From assembly GCA_041946805.1 (NCBI GenBank), contig JBHGBC010000092.1:1-23330 (forward strand): a DNA stretch of 23,330 bases, read 5' to 3'. Positions 6,928 to 16,016 of the stretch are shown here, one piece after another. The position numbers and the translations under genes were made by a program. Origin of the DNA: a bacterium (GTDB taxonomy: Bacteria; Hinthialibacterota; Hinthialibacteria; Hinthialibacterales; Hinthialibacteraceae). The notes beneath the pieces are model-generated. The model saw only the letters and a program-made list of their open reading frames with translations. It searched no databases and was not told the origin of the DNA. Each line of letters begins with the position of its first letter. Within the stretch, counting starts at the first letter, position 1.

Positions 6928-8050
6928 AGATATTCTGTTGATCGTGGACGATGAGGAAGACATCCGGCTGAACCTTTGTGATTTCATGGCCTTGGAAGGT
7001 TTTGACGTGCTTTCCGCCACGAATGGCGCGGAGGCGTTTAAAATTCTGAAAGACCAAACGCCCGACGTCATCCTCACCGACCTGATCATGCCACACATGG
7101 GCGGGCTCGAGCTTCTGGAAAAACTCCATCAAAAGAACCTGGACATCCCGGTGGTCATCATGACGGCCTTCGGCACCATCGATTACGCCGTGAAAGCCAT
7201 GAAGGTGGGAGCCCGGGATTTTATCACCAAGCCCATCGACTACGATTACGTGCTGAAGGTCATCCACCGGGTTTTGAAAAACGCGCGGCTGGAACAAAAA
7301 ATCAAGGAACAACAGCAGGAAATGGACGAGGATTTACATCTGGCGGGCCGGATTCAAAACGCCATCCTCCCCAAGCCCATCGACCATGCCCGTTATAGCT
7401 TGAACTACCGGTTCGAACCCCTCCTGGAGATCGGGGGCGACCGGCTCCTCGTGCATGAATACGGGGAGGATCATCTCTCCCTGGCTTTGTTCGATGTCAG
7501 CGGCCATGGAGTGTCGGCGGCGCTGGTGGCCAACCTGGTCCATATCGAACTGGTGTCACGGCTCTGCGAAGACCGCCCTCCCTTCAATGTCATCGAACAC
7601 CTGCAGCGCTTCGTTCATAAAACCTTGGGCGAGGCGGAGATCTTCTTTACGATCATCATCGCCGATGTGAATTTGTTCACCCACACCTTGACGGTATGCA
7701 ACGCCGGCCATCCGGATTTGCTGGTTTGGAAATACGGACAGGGAACGTTGGAACGGATTCACTCCCATATCCCTCCCGTGGGTTTCCCAAGCCGGGCCGC
7801 CGCCGAATCCACCGAAACGCGGATGGAACTGGCGGCCGGCGACCGGATCATCCTGTACACGGACGGCTTTCCGGAAATCCGGGGAAAAGACGGCCAGATC
7901 CTGGGATACGACCGCTTCACGAAACTGGTCCAAAAGAAAATCCGCCTGCGGGCGATCGATTTTTTGGACCAAGTCTTCCAGTCCATTGATTCCCTGTGCG
8001 CGGGCGAGATGGAAGACGACCGGACACTCGCCTTGGTGGAGATCAAGTAA
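6896..8050 (+). CDS. REC + PP2C/SpoIIE (RsbU-like) phosphatase
   Basis: Receiver domain (LIVDDE, LTDLIMP, MTA, KP), coiled coil, then IGGD, DVSGHGVSAAL, NAGHP, LYTDG and DDRT motifs. Confidence 0.93.
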   Translation: MAKRKPAAVRKDILLIVDDEEDIRLNLCDFMALEGFDVLSATNGAEAFKILKDQTPDVILTDLIMPHMGGLELLEKLHQKNLDIPVVIMTAFGTIDYAVKAMKVGARDFITKPIDYDYVLKVIHRVLKNARLEQKIKEQQQEMDEDLHLAGRIQNAILPKPIDHARYSLNYRFEPLLEIGGDRLLVHEYGEDHLSLALFDVSGHGVSAALVANLVHIELVSRLCEDRPPFNVIEHLQRFVHKTLGEAEIFFTIIIADVNLFTHTLTVCNAGHPDLLVWKYGQGTLERIHSHIPPVGFPSRAAAESTETRMELAAGDRIILYTDGFPEIRGKDGQILGYDRFTKLVQKKIRLRAIDFLDQVFQSIDSLCAGEMEDDRTLALVEIK

Positions 8051-8540
8051 AGGCATCCGGCAAATGACCGCGCCGCCGTCTCGATGCGGCTCAATCCCAT
8101 CCGGTCATGCGGGGGGAAGATTCCGGATCATATCTATTGTTATTACCTGGTTCTTTCAATCCAGGAGTACCCGGCCGGCCTAACATTTCCAATCCATCCC
8201 CCCCAATCGTAAGAGAAGGCTTCATGCTCCCTTGTTCTTTGGGATAAGGAATTCCCGCAACCGCCGCGCGGACGCCTCCCTCCCCGGATCCAACCATGGG
8301 GGAGGGATCATGCATCGCACAATTATCATCATCGCGGATGCACTGGCAGGAAATTCCAGAATCCCCTCCCCCCCCATTCGAAACACCGGGAATGTCTTGA
8401 AACCCCGGGCGGTTTTATGAAAAAATGAGGAACGCATTTCCGGCGCATCGTGAATTGGGAATGGCCATCCAGGAGAATCCGTCTGTCTCCCGCATGACCC
8501 ACACGTTCAATGACACAAGGGATACCCAGAGGAGGCCGTC

Positions 8541-9023
8541 ATGAAGAAGAACATTTCCTTTACCATCAATGGGGATCTCCGGCAAATGACTGTCGAGGAT
8601 GAGCGTACCCTGTTATGGTTCTTGCGGACCGATCTCGGCTTGACCGGCAGTAAATTCGGCTGCGGCGAGGGATATTGTGGAGCCTGCACGGTGCTGGTGA
8701 ACGGGGAGGCGGTCCGGTCTTGCCAGGCTCGCGTAAAGGATATTGAAGGGAAGGAAGTCATCACGATTGAAGGTCTGGCTGAAAAGGAATCTCTTCATCC
8801 TCTCCAGAAAGCGTTCATCGCCCACAACGCCCTTCAATGCGGCTATTGCACTCCGGGCATGATCCTGACCGCCTACACGCTCCTGGCGAAGAATCCAACC
8901 CCCAGCCGCGAGGAGATCCTCGATCACATGGACAACAACCTGTGCCGTTGTGGATCCCACGCCCGGATCGTGCAGGCCATCCAAGCGGCCGGCCTCGAAA
9001 TGAAGGGAGGGAAAAACCAATGA
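8541..9023 (+). CDS. (2Fe-2S) small subunit of a xanthine/aldehyde oxidoreductase family enzyme (CoxS/IorA-like)
   Basis: GCGEGYCGACTV..SC and QCGYCTPG...NLCRC motifs; GGAGG RBS. Confidence 0.95.
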   Translation: MKKNISFTINGDLRQMTVEDERTLLWFLRTDLGLTGSKFGCGEGYCGACTVLVNGEAVRSCQARVKDIEGKEVITIEGLAEKESLHPLQKAFIAHNALQCGYCTPGMILTAYTLLAKNPTPSREEILDHMDNNLCRCGSHARIVQAIQAAGLEMKGGKNQ

Positions 9024-11161
9024 ACGAACAAATCCGTGCGGCAGAGTTCGATTTCCATGATTCAATGAATGACTTCACTCCCAACCGCCGGGAATTCCTG
9101 AAACAGCTCGGGGGCGGCCTCGTGATCCTTTTCTTCACCGGGGAGGAGGCGGACGCCCAGGAACGGCGGCGCGGGGGTGGACAGGAACTGCCCGAGGATT
9201 TCAACGCGTTTCTCAAAATCGGAGAAGACGGCCGGGTCACCTGCATGACAGGCAAAGTGGAATTGGGTCAAGGAATCGTCACCTCCCTGGCGCAGATGCT
9301 GGCCGATGAACTGGATGTTTCCCTGGATTCCGTGGACATGGTGATGGGAGATACCAGTCTATGCCCGTATGACGGCGGGACGCATGGGTCCCGGACGATC
9401 CGTTTCTTCGGACCGCCCCTCCGGGCCGCCGCCGCGGAAGCCCGGGGTGTTTTGTTGGAATTGGCGGCGGAGCAACTCAAGACGCCCCAAGACCGGTTGA
9501 AGATCAAGGCGGGAACCATCTTCGATTCCACGAATGAACACCACCGTGTGACCTACGCGCAACTGACCAAGGGCCAAACGATTGCCCGGCGGTTGAAAGA
9601 GAAAGCAGTCCCGAAATCGGCTTCCCAATTCAACCTCATCGGCCAGCCGGCCCCGCGCACCGACGCCCTGGCGAAGGTGACCGGAAAAGCCCAATATGCC
9701 GCCGACATCCATCGGCCGGACATGTGGTACGCCAAAATCCTCCGCCCGCCCGCGCATGGAGCCCAATTGCGAAGCCTCGACACGTCGGCGGCGGAGAAAA
9801 TCGCGGGGGTCCGCGTGGTCCGCGACGGCGGCTTCGTGGCGGTTCTCGCGAAGGATCCCGAGCAGGCCGAAAAAGCCTTGCGGCAAATTCAAGCGCAATA
9901 CGATATGCCGGAACCCGCGGTGGATGATCAGACCATCTTCGATCATCTGTTGAAACAGGCTTCGGAGGGCGATACCGCCGCGCAAGGGGGCGACCTGGCC
10001 GCCGGAGAAAAACAAAGTTCCCTCGTGGTGGAAAAAACGTATCTGAATGGATATGTCGCCCATGCCCCCATTGAACCTCACTCCACCACGATTCAAATCG
10101 AGGGGGATCGTGCGACGGTGTGGTGCTCCACCCAAGGGCCTTTCCCGGTCCGGCAGGCGGCCGCCCAAATCCTGGAACTGCCGGAGGACCGGGTGCGCGT
10201 CATCACTCCATTCGTGGGAGGCGGATTCGGCGGGAAACGCGCGCGCAACGCGTCGCAGGCGGCCCGGATCGCCAAACTGACCGGCCTGACGGTGCAGTTG
10301 TCCGATTCCCGCGAGGATGAATTTTTCCACGACACGTTCCGGCCGGCCGCGATCGTCAAAATCAAGGCGGGCGTCACGGATTCCGGCCGGATGGCGTTCT
10401 GGGACTATGGCGTCTACTTCGCCGGTCAACGGGGCTCCGAACATATCTACGACATCCCCCACCATCGCACCGCGGTTTACGGTTCCAGCGGCCGGGGCTC
10501 CGCGCATCCGTTCGGCACCGGGGCGTGGCGCGCCCCCGCCAACAACACGAATACCTTCGCCCGGGAATCGCATATCGACATTCTGGCTTCCCAAGCCGGA
10601 CTGGATCCCCTCGAATTCCGTCTCCAGAATCTGAAGGACGAACGCATGATCCGCGTATTGAACGCCGCGGCGGAACAATTCGGCTGGACGCCCGCCAAGG
10701 CCCCCAGCGGGCGCGGTTTCGGCATCGCCCTGGGCATAGATTCAGGGACGTATGTCGCCCATATGGCCGAAGTCGAAGTCGATAAAGCCACCGGCCGGGT
10801 GAAGGTGAAACGCGTGGTCTGCGCCCAGGACATGGGATTGTCCATCAATCCGGAAGGCGCGCGGCTGCAGATGGAAGGCTGCATCATGATGGGATTGGGC
10901 TACGCGCTGACCGAGGAGATTCATTTCAAGGGCGGCCAAATCCTGGATCTCAATTTCAACACGTACGAGATCCCCTGCTTCTCCTGGCTGCCGCAAATCG
11001 AAACGGTGGTCATCGAGGACCGCGAAGCGCCGCCCCAGGGTGGTGGGGAGCCGGCCGTCATCGGCATGGGCGCCGTGATCGCCAACGCCGTCCACGACGC
11101 CACCGGCGCCCGGCTGCTGCAACTCCCAATGACGCCGGAGAGAATCAAGAACGCCTTGTAA
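9020..11161 (+). CDS. Molybdopterin-binding large subunit (IorB/aldehyde oxidoreductase-like) with twin-arginine motif
   Basis: ATGA overlap with the small subunit; NRREFLK; GKVELGQG, GGGFGGK, WRAP, QMEG and GGGEP motifs. Confidence 0.92.
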   Translation: MNEQIRAAEFDFHDSMNDFTPNRREFLKQLGGGLVILFFTGEEADAQERRRGGGQELPEDFNAFLKIGEDGRVTCMTGKVELGQGIVTSLAQMLADELDVSLDSVDMVMGDTSLCPYDGGTHGSRTIRFFGPPLRAAAAEARGVLLELAAEQLKTPQDRLKIKAGTIFDSTNEHHRVTYAQLTKGQTIARRLKEKAVPKSASQFNLIGQPAPRTDALAKVTGKAQYAADIHRPDMWYAKILRPPAHGAQLRSLDTSAAEKIAGVRVVRDGGFVAVLAKDPEQAEKALRQIQAQYDMPEPAVDDQTIFDHLLKQASEGDTAAQGGDLAAGEKQSSLVVEKTYLNGYVAHAPIEPHSTTIQIEGDRATVWCSTQGPFPVRQAAAQILELPEDRVRVITPFVGGGFGGKRARNASQAARIAKLTGLTVQLSDSREDEFFHDTFRPAAIVKIKAGVTDSGRMAFWDYGVYFAGQRGSEHIYDIPHHRTAVYGSSGRGSAHPFGTGAWRAPANNTNTFARESHIDILASQAGLDPLEFRLQNLKDERMIRVLNAAAEQFGWTPAKAPSGRGFGIALGIDSGTYVAHMAEVEVDKATGRVKVKRVVCAQDMGLSINPEGARLQMEGCIMMGLGYALTEEIHFKGGQILDLNFNTYEIPCFSWLPQIETVVIEDREAPPQGGGEPAVIGMGAVIANAVHDATGARLLQLPMTPERIKNAL

Positions 11162-11244
11162 AGTAATCCAATTAAAAAACCGATGGGACTTTCTAGAACA
11201 TCAGAATGCGGTCACCGGTGGAACCATCCGAAAGAAGGACAACC

Positions 11245-12621
11245 ATGATCCAACAACAAAAAACAGGACAGCTTGCATCCCGGCGGGAATTCATGACCAC
11301 GGCGGCGGCCCTGGCCGCTTTCACCATCGTGCCCCGCAACGTACTCGCGGGATCGAACGAACCCGCGCCGAGCGATAAGCTCAACCTCGGCTGCGTGGGC
11401 GTCGGCGGGATGCAGGGAGGCAACGATGTCCGGGGGGTCAGCAGCGAAACCATTTACGCGCTGTGCGACGTCGATGAAAACTTTCTGAACCGGATGGGAG
11501 AGCGCTATCCGGACGCCAAGCGCTACCGCGATTTCCGCGTGATGCTGGACCAGGAGCAGAAGAACCTTGACGGGATCACGATCACCATCCCGGACCACAT
11601 GCACGCCACGGTGGCGCTGTGGGCCATGGAGCGGGGCATCGGCGTTTATTGCCAAAAGCCGCTCACCCAGAGCGTTTGGGAGGCCCGGCTGTTGACCAAG
11701 GCCGCGCAAAAATACAAGGCCGTGACGCAGATGGGCAACCAGGGCTACTCCGCGATCGCGACGCGGATCGCCTGCGAAGTGATCTGGAAGGGCGATCTCG
11801 GCGACATCACCGAAGTCCACTCCATGAGCAGCGGCGGCTTTTCGCGGGGGATTACGGAATGGCCCCCCGCCGAGGAAATCCCGGATACGCTGGACTGGGA
11901 CCTCTGGACGGGCCGGGCGGCGGAACACTCGTACAGTTCCAAGATCCATCCGAGCAACTGGCGGGGATTTTTGGAGTATGGCACGCAAATGATCGGCGAT
12001 TGGGGCATCCACCAACTGGGGCCGGCCAACTGGGCCCTCCAACTCGGCAGTCCAACGAGTGTTGAGTGCACCGCGGTCGATGAAGTGAATCCCGTCACCT
12101 TCCCGCATTATTCCTGCAAGTTCGAATTCCCGGAGCGTCCCAATCCGTATGTCCCCTCGGGGAAAATGCCGCCGGTGACTATTTATTGGTATGAAGGCAA
12201 GATGGCAAGTAATTTCAAGCCGCCCGAAGGTCTCACTGAAGAGGACGTCAGCGGTTTCAACGAGATATTCGCCGGCACGAAGGGATTCATGGGAACCAGC
12301 GGCCGGGGCGAGAGTGTCCACTTGATCCCCGAATCGAAAATGAAGGATTATCAGAAGCCGCCGATCCTCTTGGAGCGTTCGCCCGGGCATTACGAGGACT
12401 GGATCCGGGGCTGCAAGACCGGCAAGGCGCCCTGTTCGAATTTCAGCCTCGCCGGACCCTACGCGGAATGGATGCTGCTCGGGACAATTTGTTGGCGTTT
12501 TCCGAACGAGAAGTTGCTTTGGGATGGAGAAAACCTGCGCTTCACCAACAACGAGAAAGCCAACGAGTTTATCAAACCCCACTTCCGCAAGGGCTGGGAA
12601 CTTCCGGAAATAACCGTATAG
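11245..12621 (+). CDS. Gfo/Idh/MocA family NAD-dependent oxidoreductase with Tat signal
   Basis: SRREFM Tat motif, GVGGMQG Rossmann loop, PDHMH, YCQKPL, TQMGNQG, GDWGIH. AGAAGGA RBS before ATG 11245. Confidence 0.93.
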   Translation: MIQQQKTGQLASRREFMTTAAALAAFTIVPRNVLAGSNEPAPSDKLNLGCVGVGGMQGGNDVRGVSSETIYALCDVDENFLNRMGERYPDAKRYRDFRVMLDQEQKNLDGITITIPDHMHATVALWAMERGIGVYCQKPLTQSVWEARLLTKAAQKYKAVTQMGNQGYSAIATRIACEVIWKGDLGDITEVHSMSSGGFSRGITEWPPAEEIPDTLDWDLWTGRAAEHSYSSKIHPSNWRGFLEYGTQMIGDWGIHQLGPANWALQLGSPTSVECTAVDEVNPVTFPHYSCKFEFPERPNPYVPSGKMPPVTIYWYEGKMASNFKPPEGLTEEDVSGFNEIFAGTKGFMGTSGRGESVHLIPESKMKDYQKPPILLERSPGHYEDWIRGCKTGKAPCSNFSLAGPYAEWMLLGTICWRFPNEKLLWDGENLRFTNNEKANEFIKPHFRKGWELPEITV

Positions 12622-12676
12622 GGTTCTTCCGGTAAGTGCGTACATGATGGTGAAAAGGTATACCATGCACTTGAGG

Positions 12677-12706
12677 ATAGGGGCGGACACCAAGGTCCGC
12701 CCCTGC
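12677..12706. repeat. REP-like palindrome
   Basis: AGGGGCGGAC-ACCAAG-GTCCGCCCCT, a perfect 10-bp stem. Related copies at 14928 and 14999. Confidence 0.7.
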
Positions 12707-12713
12707 AAAAATT

Positions 12714-12747
12714 CCCTCACCCTAACCTTCTCTCAGAGGGAGAGGGG
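12714..12747. repeat. BoxC-like extragenic repeat
   Basis: CCCTCACCCTAACCTTCTCTCAGAGGGAGAGGGG; related inverted copies at 13798 and 16666. Confidence 0.6.
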
Positions 12748-12938
12748 ATTCTGGGGAGGTTCAAATCGATCAATTCGATTGTAAACCAGCCGGACAATTG
12801 AGAAAAAATGAACGCGCTTGCGCGAGGAACCATATTTATTCACCTGCCAAGGAGTGCATAGTCACGGTTGAAGAAGTCCCCACGCCAATGATATGAAATC
12901 GAGACATTAAGAACCTCAGGTACAGAAAGGCCACTACC

Positions 12939-13700
12939 ATGAAGCAACGTGTAATTTCCCTCCTGATCATGTTCACCATATTGTCCCTATCCTGGACGGC
13001 GCTCGGGCAGCCGGTGGACCGGGGGCCCGGCCTGGAGGCCCAGGAGGATCCCAGCCTGGGAAGACGCAGTCCGGGCGGCATGCGCGGCGGCCCGGGAATG
13101 ATGAATATCGAGGCGGTCCGAAAGGCGGCCGCGGCGTTGGAAGAACAACTGGCCGCCATCAAGCAGGCCTTGGAAGGCCTGCCGGCGCCGGGAGAACCCG
13201 GCGGCGCGCCCGGCGGCCCTAATGCCCGCGAAGATTTTCGGGCCCTGATGGAAAAGATGCGAGAACGATCGGAGGCGGTCCAAAAGGCGGCGGCGGTGAT
13301 TGCCGATCAGGTCCTGGTGCTTAAAGGACGCCAGGCGCGTATGGAATTGGAGGAGGGTATCGCCGAACTCCAATCGATCGCGGATTCGGCCCAGGCCGAG
13401 AATGCCTCGAAAACCGCGCAACGGGTACAAGGCATCATTGACGCCCGCCGCAACGCGTTCCAGGAAACCGCGGAACGATTGGGCATCCCCATGCGGGGCC
13501 GCCGCGGCGGTCCGGGCGGTCCGGGCGGTCCGGGCGGTCCGGGCGGTCCGGGTGCTCCCGGTGCTCCGGGCGGACTTGGCGGACCCGGAGGGCCTGGAGG
13601 TCCCGGTGGCCCGGTTAGGCCCAGTGGGCCCGAGGGTCCCGGAAGAAGGATGGGTGGCGGCGAGCCTCCCATCAAGGGCGGTTTCGAATGGATCGATTGA
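12939..13700 (+). CDS. Secreted hypothetical protein with coiled-coil region and (GGP)n tail
   Basis: Signal peptide MKQRVISLLIMFTILSLSWTALG, Ala/Glu/Gln-rich helical core, 12 consecutive Gly-X-Y triplets; GAAAGG RBS. Confidence 0.8.
   Translation: MKQRVISLLIMFTILSLSWTALGQPVDRGPGLEAQEDPSLGRRSPGGMRGGPGMMNIEAVRKAAAALEEQLAAIKQALEGLPAPGEPGGAPGGPNAREDFRALMEKMRERSEAVQKAAAVIADQVLVLKGRQARMELEEGIAELQSIADSAQAENASKTAQRVQGIIDARRNAFQETAERLGIPMRGRRGGPGGPGGPGGPGGPGAPGAPGGLGGPGGPGGPGGPVRPSGPEGPGRRMGGGEPPIKGGFEWID
13506..13550 (+). repeat. Five perfect tandem copies of GGCGGTCCG (coding VNTR)
   Basis: In-frame 9-mer encoding GGP, followed by seven diverged units to 13613. Confidence 0.95.
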
Positions 13701-13797
13701 TGGTCAATTCGTGTCTTGATACCGCCAATCAGTATAGCTTCATTGGGGATTCCGCAAACGAGGTTCATTCGATCGAAATGGAAAGGCCCATTTCCGT

Positions 13798-13831
13798 CCC
13801 CTATCTCTCTGGAAAAGGAGCAGGGTGAGAG
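13798..13831. repeat. Degenerate BoxC-like repeat (inverted relative to 12714)
   Basis: CCCCTATCTCTCTGGAAAAGGAGCAGGGTGAGAG resembles the reverse complement of the 12714 copy. Confidence 0.4.
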
Positions 13832-13900
13832 AAGCCTTGTTAGGGCGTGATATGCATTTCTCCGTTATCGGACCTCTCAATGCGATTGGAGATCAACATC

Positions 13901-14830
13901 ATGAATACATACGCATTCATATTCTGTTTCGTCTTCACCGCGTCAATCACCTCTATCCCGATTCCCGCGTTCGCGGCCAACGATTTGCCCAAGGAATTGG
14001 ACATCTCCGATGAACAGGCCAAGGCCATCATCAGCCATATGCCGGCCCAGGCGGCCGCCGTGCCGGAGAAACCCCGCCGCTTGCTGGTTTACATTCAAAC
14101 TGACCAGTTCCGCACTCCGGGCGAACCCTATGTCAACCGGGCATTGAAAGTCATGGCCGAAAAGACTGACGCTTTCAGCGTCGATTACAGCACGGACATC
14201 AATGTCTTTTTGCCCGGAACTCTCAATCAATACGACGCGTTTCTGTTGAACAGCACCGTGAATATGCCCGTGAGCCCGGAGACGACGCCGGAAATCTGTA
14301 AAAGCATCATGGACTTCGTCAAGGGAGGCAAGGGCGCGATTGGAATCCACGGCGCGGTGGACAACTTCCGAAACTGGCCCGAAGCGCAGGAGATGTTCGG
14401 CAACCTGTTCCGGGGTCATCCCTGGGACGAGCGCGGGGCCTGGGCGGTCAAAATCGACGAACCGGATCATCCCCTGACGGCTCCCTTCAAGGGCCACCGG
14501 GGATTCCGGATCGTCACGGAATTGTATGCCTCGACACCGCCCATCTATTCCCGCGGCAAGCAGCGGATTCTGATGAGTTTGGACATGAGCGATCCCGCGA
14601 CCCGGGCGCGCGCCACCGAAGACCGGGACTTGGACACCGGCATTTCTTGGATCAAGAACTGGGGACAGGGCCGGGTGTTCTACACGAATCTCGGCCATGG
14701 CGGCAACGGCGCGGGCCTGGAATTGGAAAATACGCCCGTTCTCGAGCACTTGTTGCTGGGCATCCAGTGGGCCTTGGGGGATTTGAAGAATGTCGACGCG
14801 GCGCCCAAGGACGCTCCGAAGAAGAAGTGA
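13901..14830 (+). CDS. Secreted ThuA-domain protein (class I glutamine amidotransferase-like fold)
   Basis: Signal peptide; LNQYDAFLLNST, FVKGGKGAIGIHGA, FRGHPW, SWIKNWGQGRVFYTNLGH, LLLGIQWALG. GGAGA RBS before ATG 13901. Confidence 0.88.
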   Translation: MNTYAFIFCFVFTASITSIPIPAFAANDLPKELDISDEQAKAIISHMPAQAAAVPEKPRRLLVYIQTDQFRTPGEPYVNRALKVMAEKTDAFSVDYSTDINVFLPGTLNQYDAFLLNSTVNMPVSPETTPEICKSIMDFVKGGKGAIGIHGAVDNFRNWPEAQEMFGNLFRGHPWDERGAWAVKIDEPDHPLTAPFKGHRGFRIVTELYASTPPIYSRGKQRILMSLDMSDPATRARATEDRDLDTGISWIKNWGQGRVFYTNLGHGGNGAGLELENTPVLEHLLLGIQWALGDLKNVDAAPKDAPKKK

Positions 14831-14927
14831 CAGATTTCACGACGCCAAGTGAAACAACGGCATCACGAAACTCCAGCAATCCGCAGGGCGGGCTTGATGC
14901 GCCGCGCAATCCACCGGCTATTCACAC

Positions 14928-15028
14928 CGGGGCGGACACCTGGGACCGCCCCGATTCCGATTCTTTCCATATTTCCGGTTTTTGTACCGCCAATTCCTTA
15001 TGGGGCGGACACCCAGGTCCGCTCCTAC
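14928..15028. repeat. Pair of REP-like palindromes
   Basis: CGGGGCGGACACCTGGGACCGCCCCG (14928-14953) and TATGGGGCGGACACCCAGGTCCGCTCCTAC (14999-15028). Confidence 0.7.
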
Positions 15029-15145
15029 AGGTGATGGCCTGTCAATGTCTTCCATGAAACCTTGGTTCGATACTAGTATACTGTTTTTCGGTTTTGACGT
15101 AGATGAGGAAATCCAGTGGAGAAGAATGAAAATCCGGAGGCATCC

Positions 15146-16000
15146 ATGAAACTGGTCCGTTTTGGAGAACCTCAGCATGAAAAACCCGGCGTGTTGACAT
15201 CGTCCGGAGAAATCCTCGACGTTTCATCGTTCACCCGAGAGTATAACGGCGCGTTTTTCGAGGACGATGGCATCGCCCAGCTGAGGGCCTGGCTCGACGA
15301 TCACGCCCAGTCCTTGCCCGTGGCCCCCGCCGGCGTGAGGCTGGGCGCGCCCATCGCCCGCCCCGGCAAGATCATCTGCGTGGGCCTCAACTACGCCGAT
15401 CACGCCAAGGAATCCAACTCCCAGGTCCCCCCCGAACCGGTCATTTTTTCCAAGGCGGTCACGGCGTACAACGGCCCTTACGATCCCATCCAGATTCCCC
15501 GCGGTTCGAAGAAAACGGATTGGGAAGTGGAGTTGGCGTTCATCATCGGCCGACGGTCGAAATACGTGGCGGAAGCGGACGCGATGCGGCACATCGCCGG
15601 ATTCGCCGTGCTCAACGACGTCAGCGAGCGCGAATTCCAGGCGGAACGCTGCGGCCAGTGGGTGAAAGGCAAAAGCCATGACACCTTCGCGCCCATCGGT
15701 CCCTGGCTGGTGACACCGGATGAAATCGCGAACGTGCAGAATTTGGCCATGCGCCTCGATGTCAACGGGCAGCGCATGCAAACCGGCAATACCAACACCA
15801 TGGTGTATCCCGTGGTGTTCCTGCTCAGTTACATCAGCCAATTCCTAACCTTGGAAGCGGGAGACCTGGTGGGCACGGGCACGCCTCCCGGAGTGGGGAT
15901 GGGAAAGAATCCGCCGGTGTTCCTCAAACCGGGCGATGTCGTCGAACTCAGCGTGGAACATTTGGGCACACAACGGCAGGAAGTCATCGCCGCGGAGTGA
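15146..16000 (+). CDS. Fumarylacetoacetate hydrolase (FAH) family protein
   Basis: KIICVGLNYADH, DWEVEL, NDVSER, WVKGKSHDTFAPIGP and GTGTPPGVG motifs; GGAGG RBS. Confidence 0.95.
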   Translation: MKLVRFGEPQHEKPGVLTSSGEILDVSSFTREYNGAFFEDDGIAQLRAWLDDHAQSLPVAPAGVRLGAPIARPGKIICVGLNYADHAKESNSQVPPEPVIFSKAVTAYNGPYDPIQIPRGSKKTDWEVELAFIIGRRSKYVAEADAMRHIAGFAVLNDVSEREFQAERCGQWVKGKSHDTFAPIGPWLVTPDEIANVQNLAMRLDVNGQRMQTGNTNTMVYPVVFLLSYISQFLTLEAGDLVGTGTPPGVGMGKNPPVFLKPGDVVELSVEHLGTQRQEVIAAE

Positions 16001-16016
16001 GTGACCCACCTCCCTC

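Noticed and set aside
8344..8360. Sigma54 promoter (TGGCAG...)
   Set aside because: No GC at the required GG-N10-GC spacing.
8837..9019. Longer start for the molybdoenzyme large subunit
   Set aside because: It lies inside the 2Fe-2S gene; the ATGA-coupled start at 9020 fits the Tat motif position.
12755..12780. Second tRNA fragment marking the far end of the relic island (GGTTCAAATC)
   Set aside because: No T-stem pairing or acceptor strand, and no match to the 2901-2945 core.
13506..13613. CRISPR array
   Set aside because: A 9-bp in-frame tandem repeat with no spacers; no cas genes in the window.
13307..13768. Antisense ORF encoding a canonical (GPP)n collagen
   Set aside because: Gly and Pro codons are reverse complements, so this is a shadow of the + strand GGP repeat; it has no signal peptide or clear RBS.
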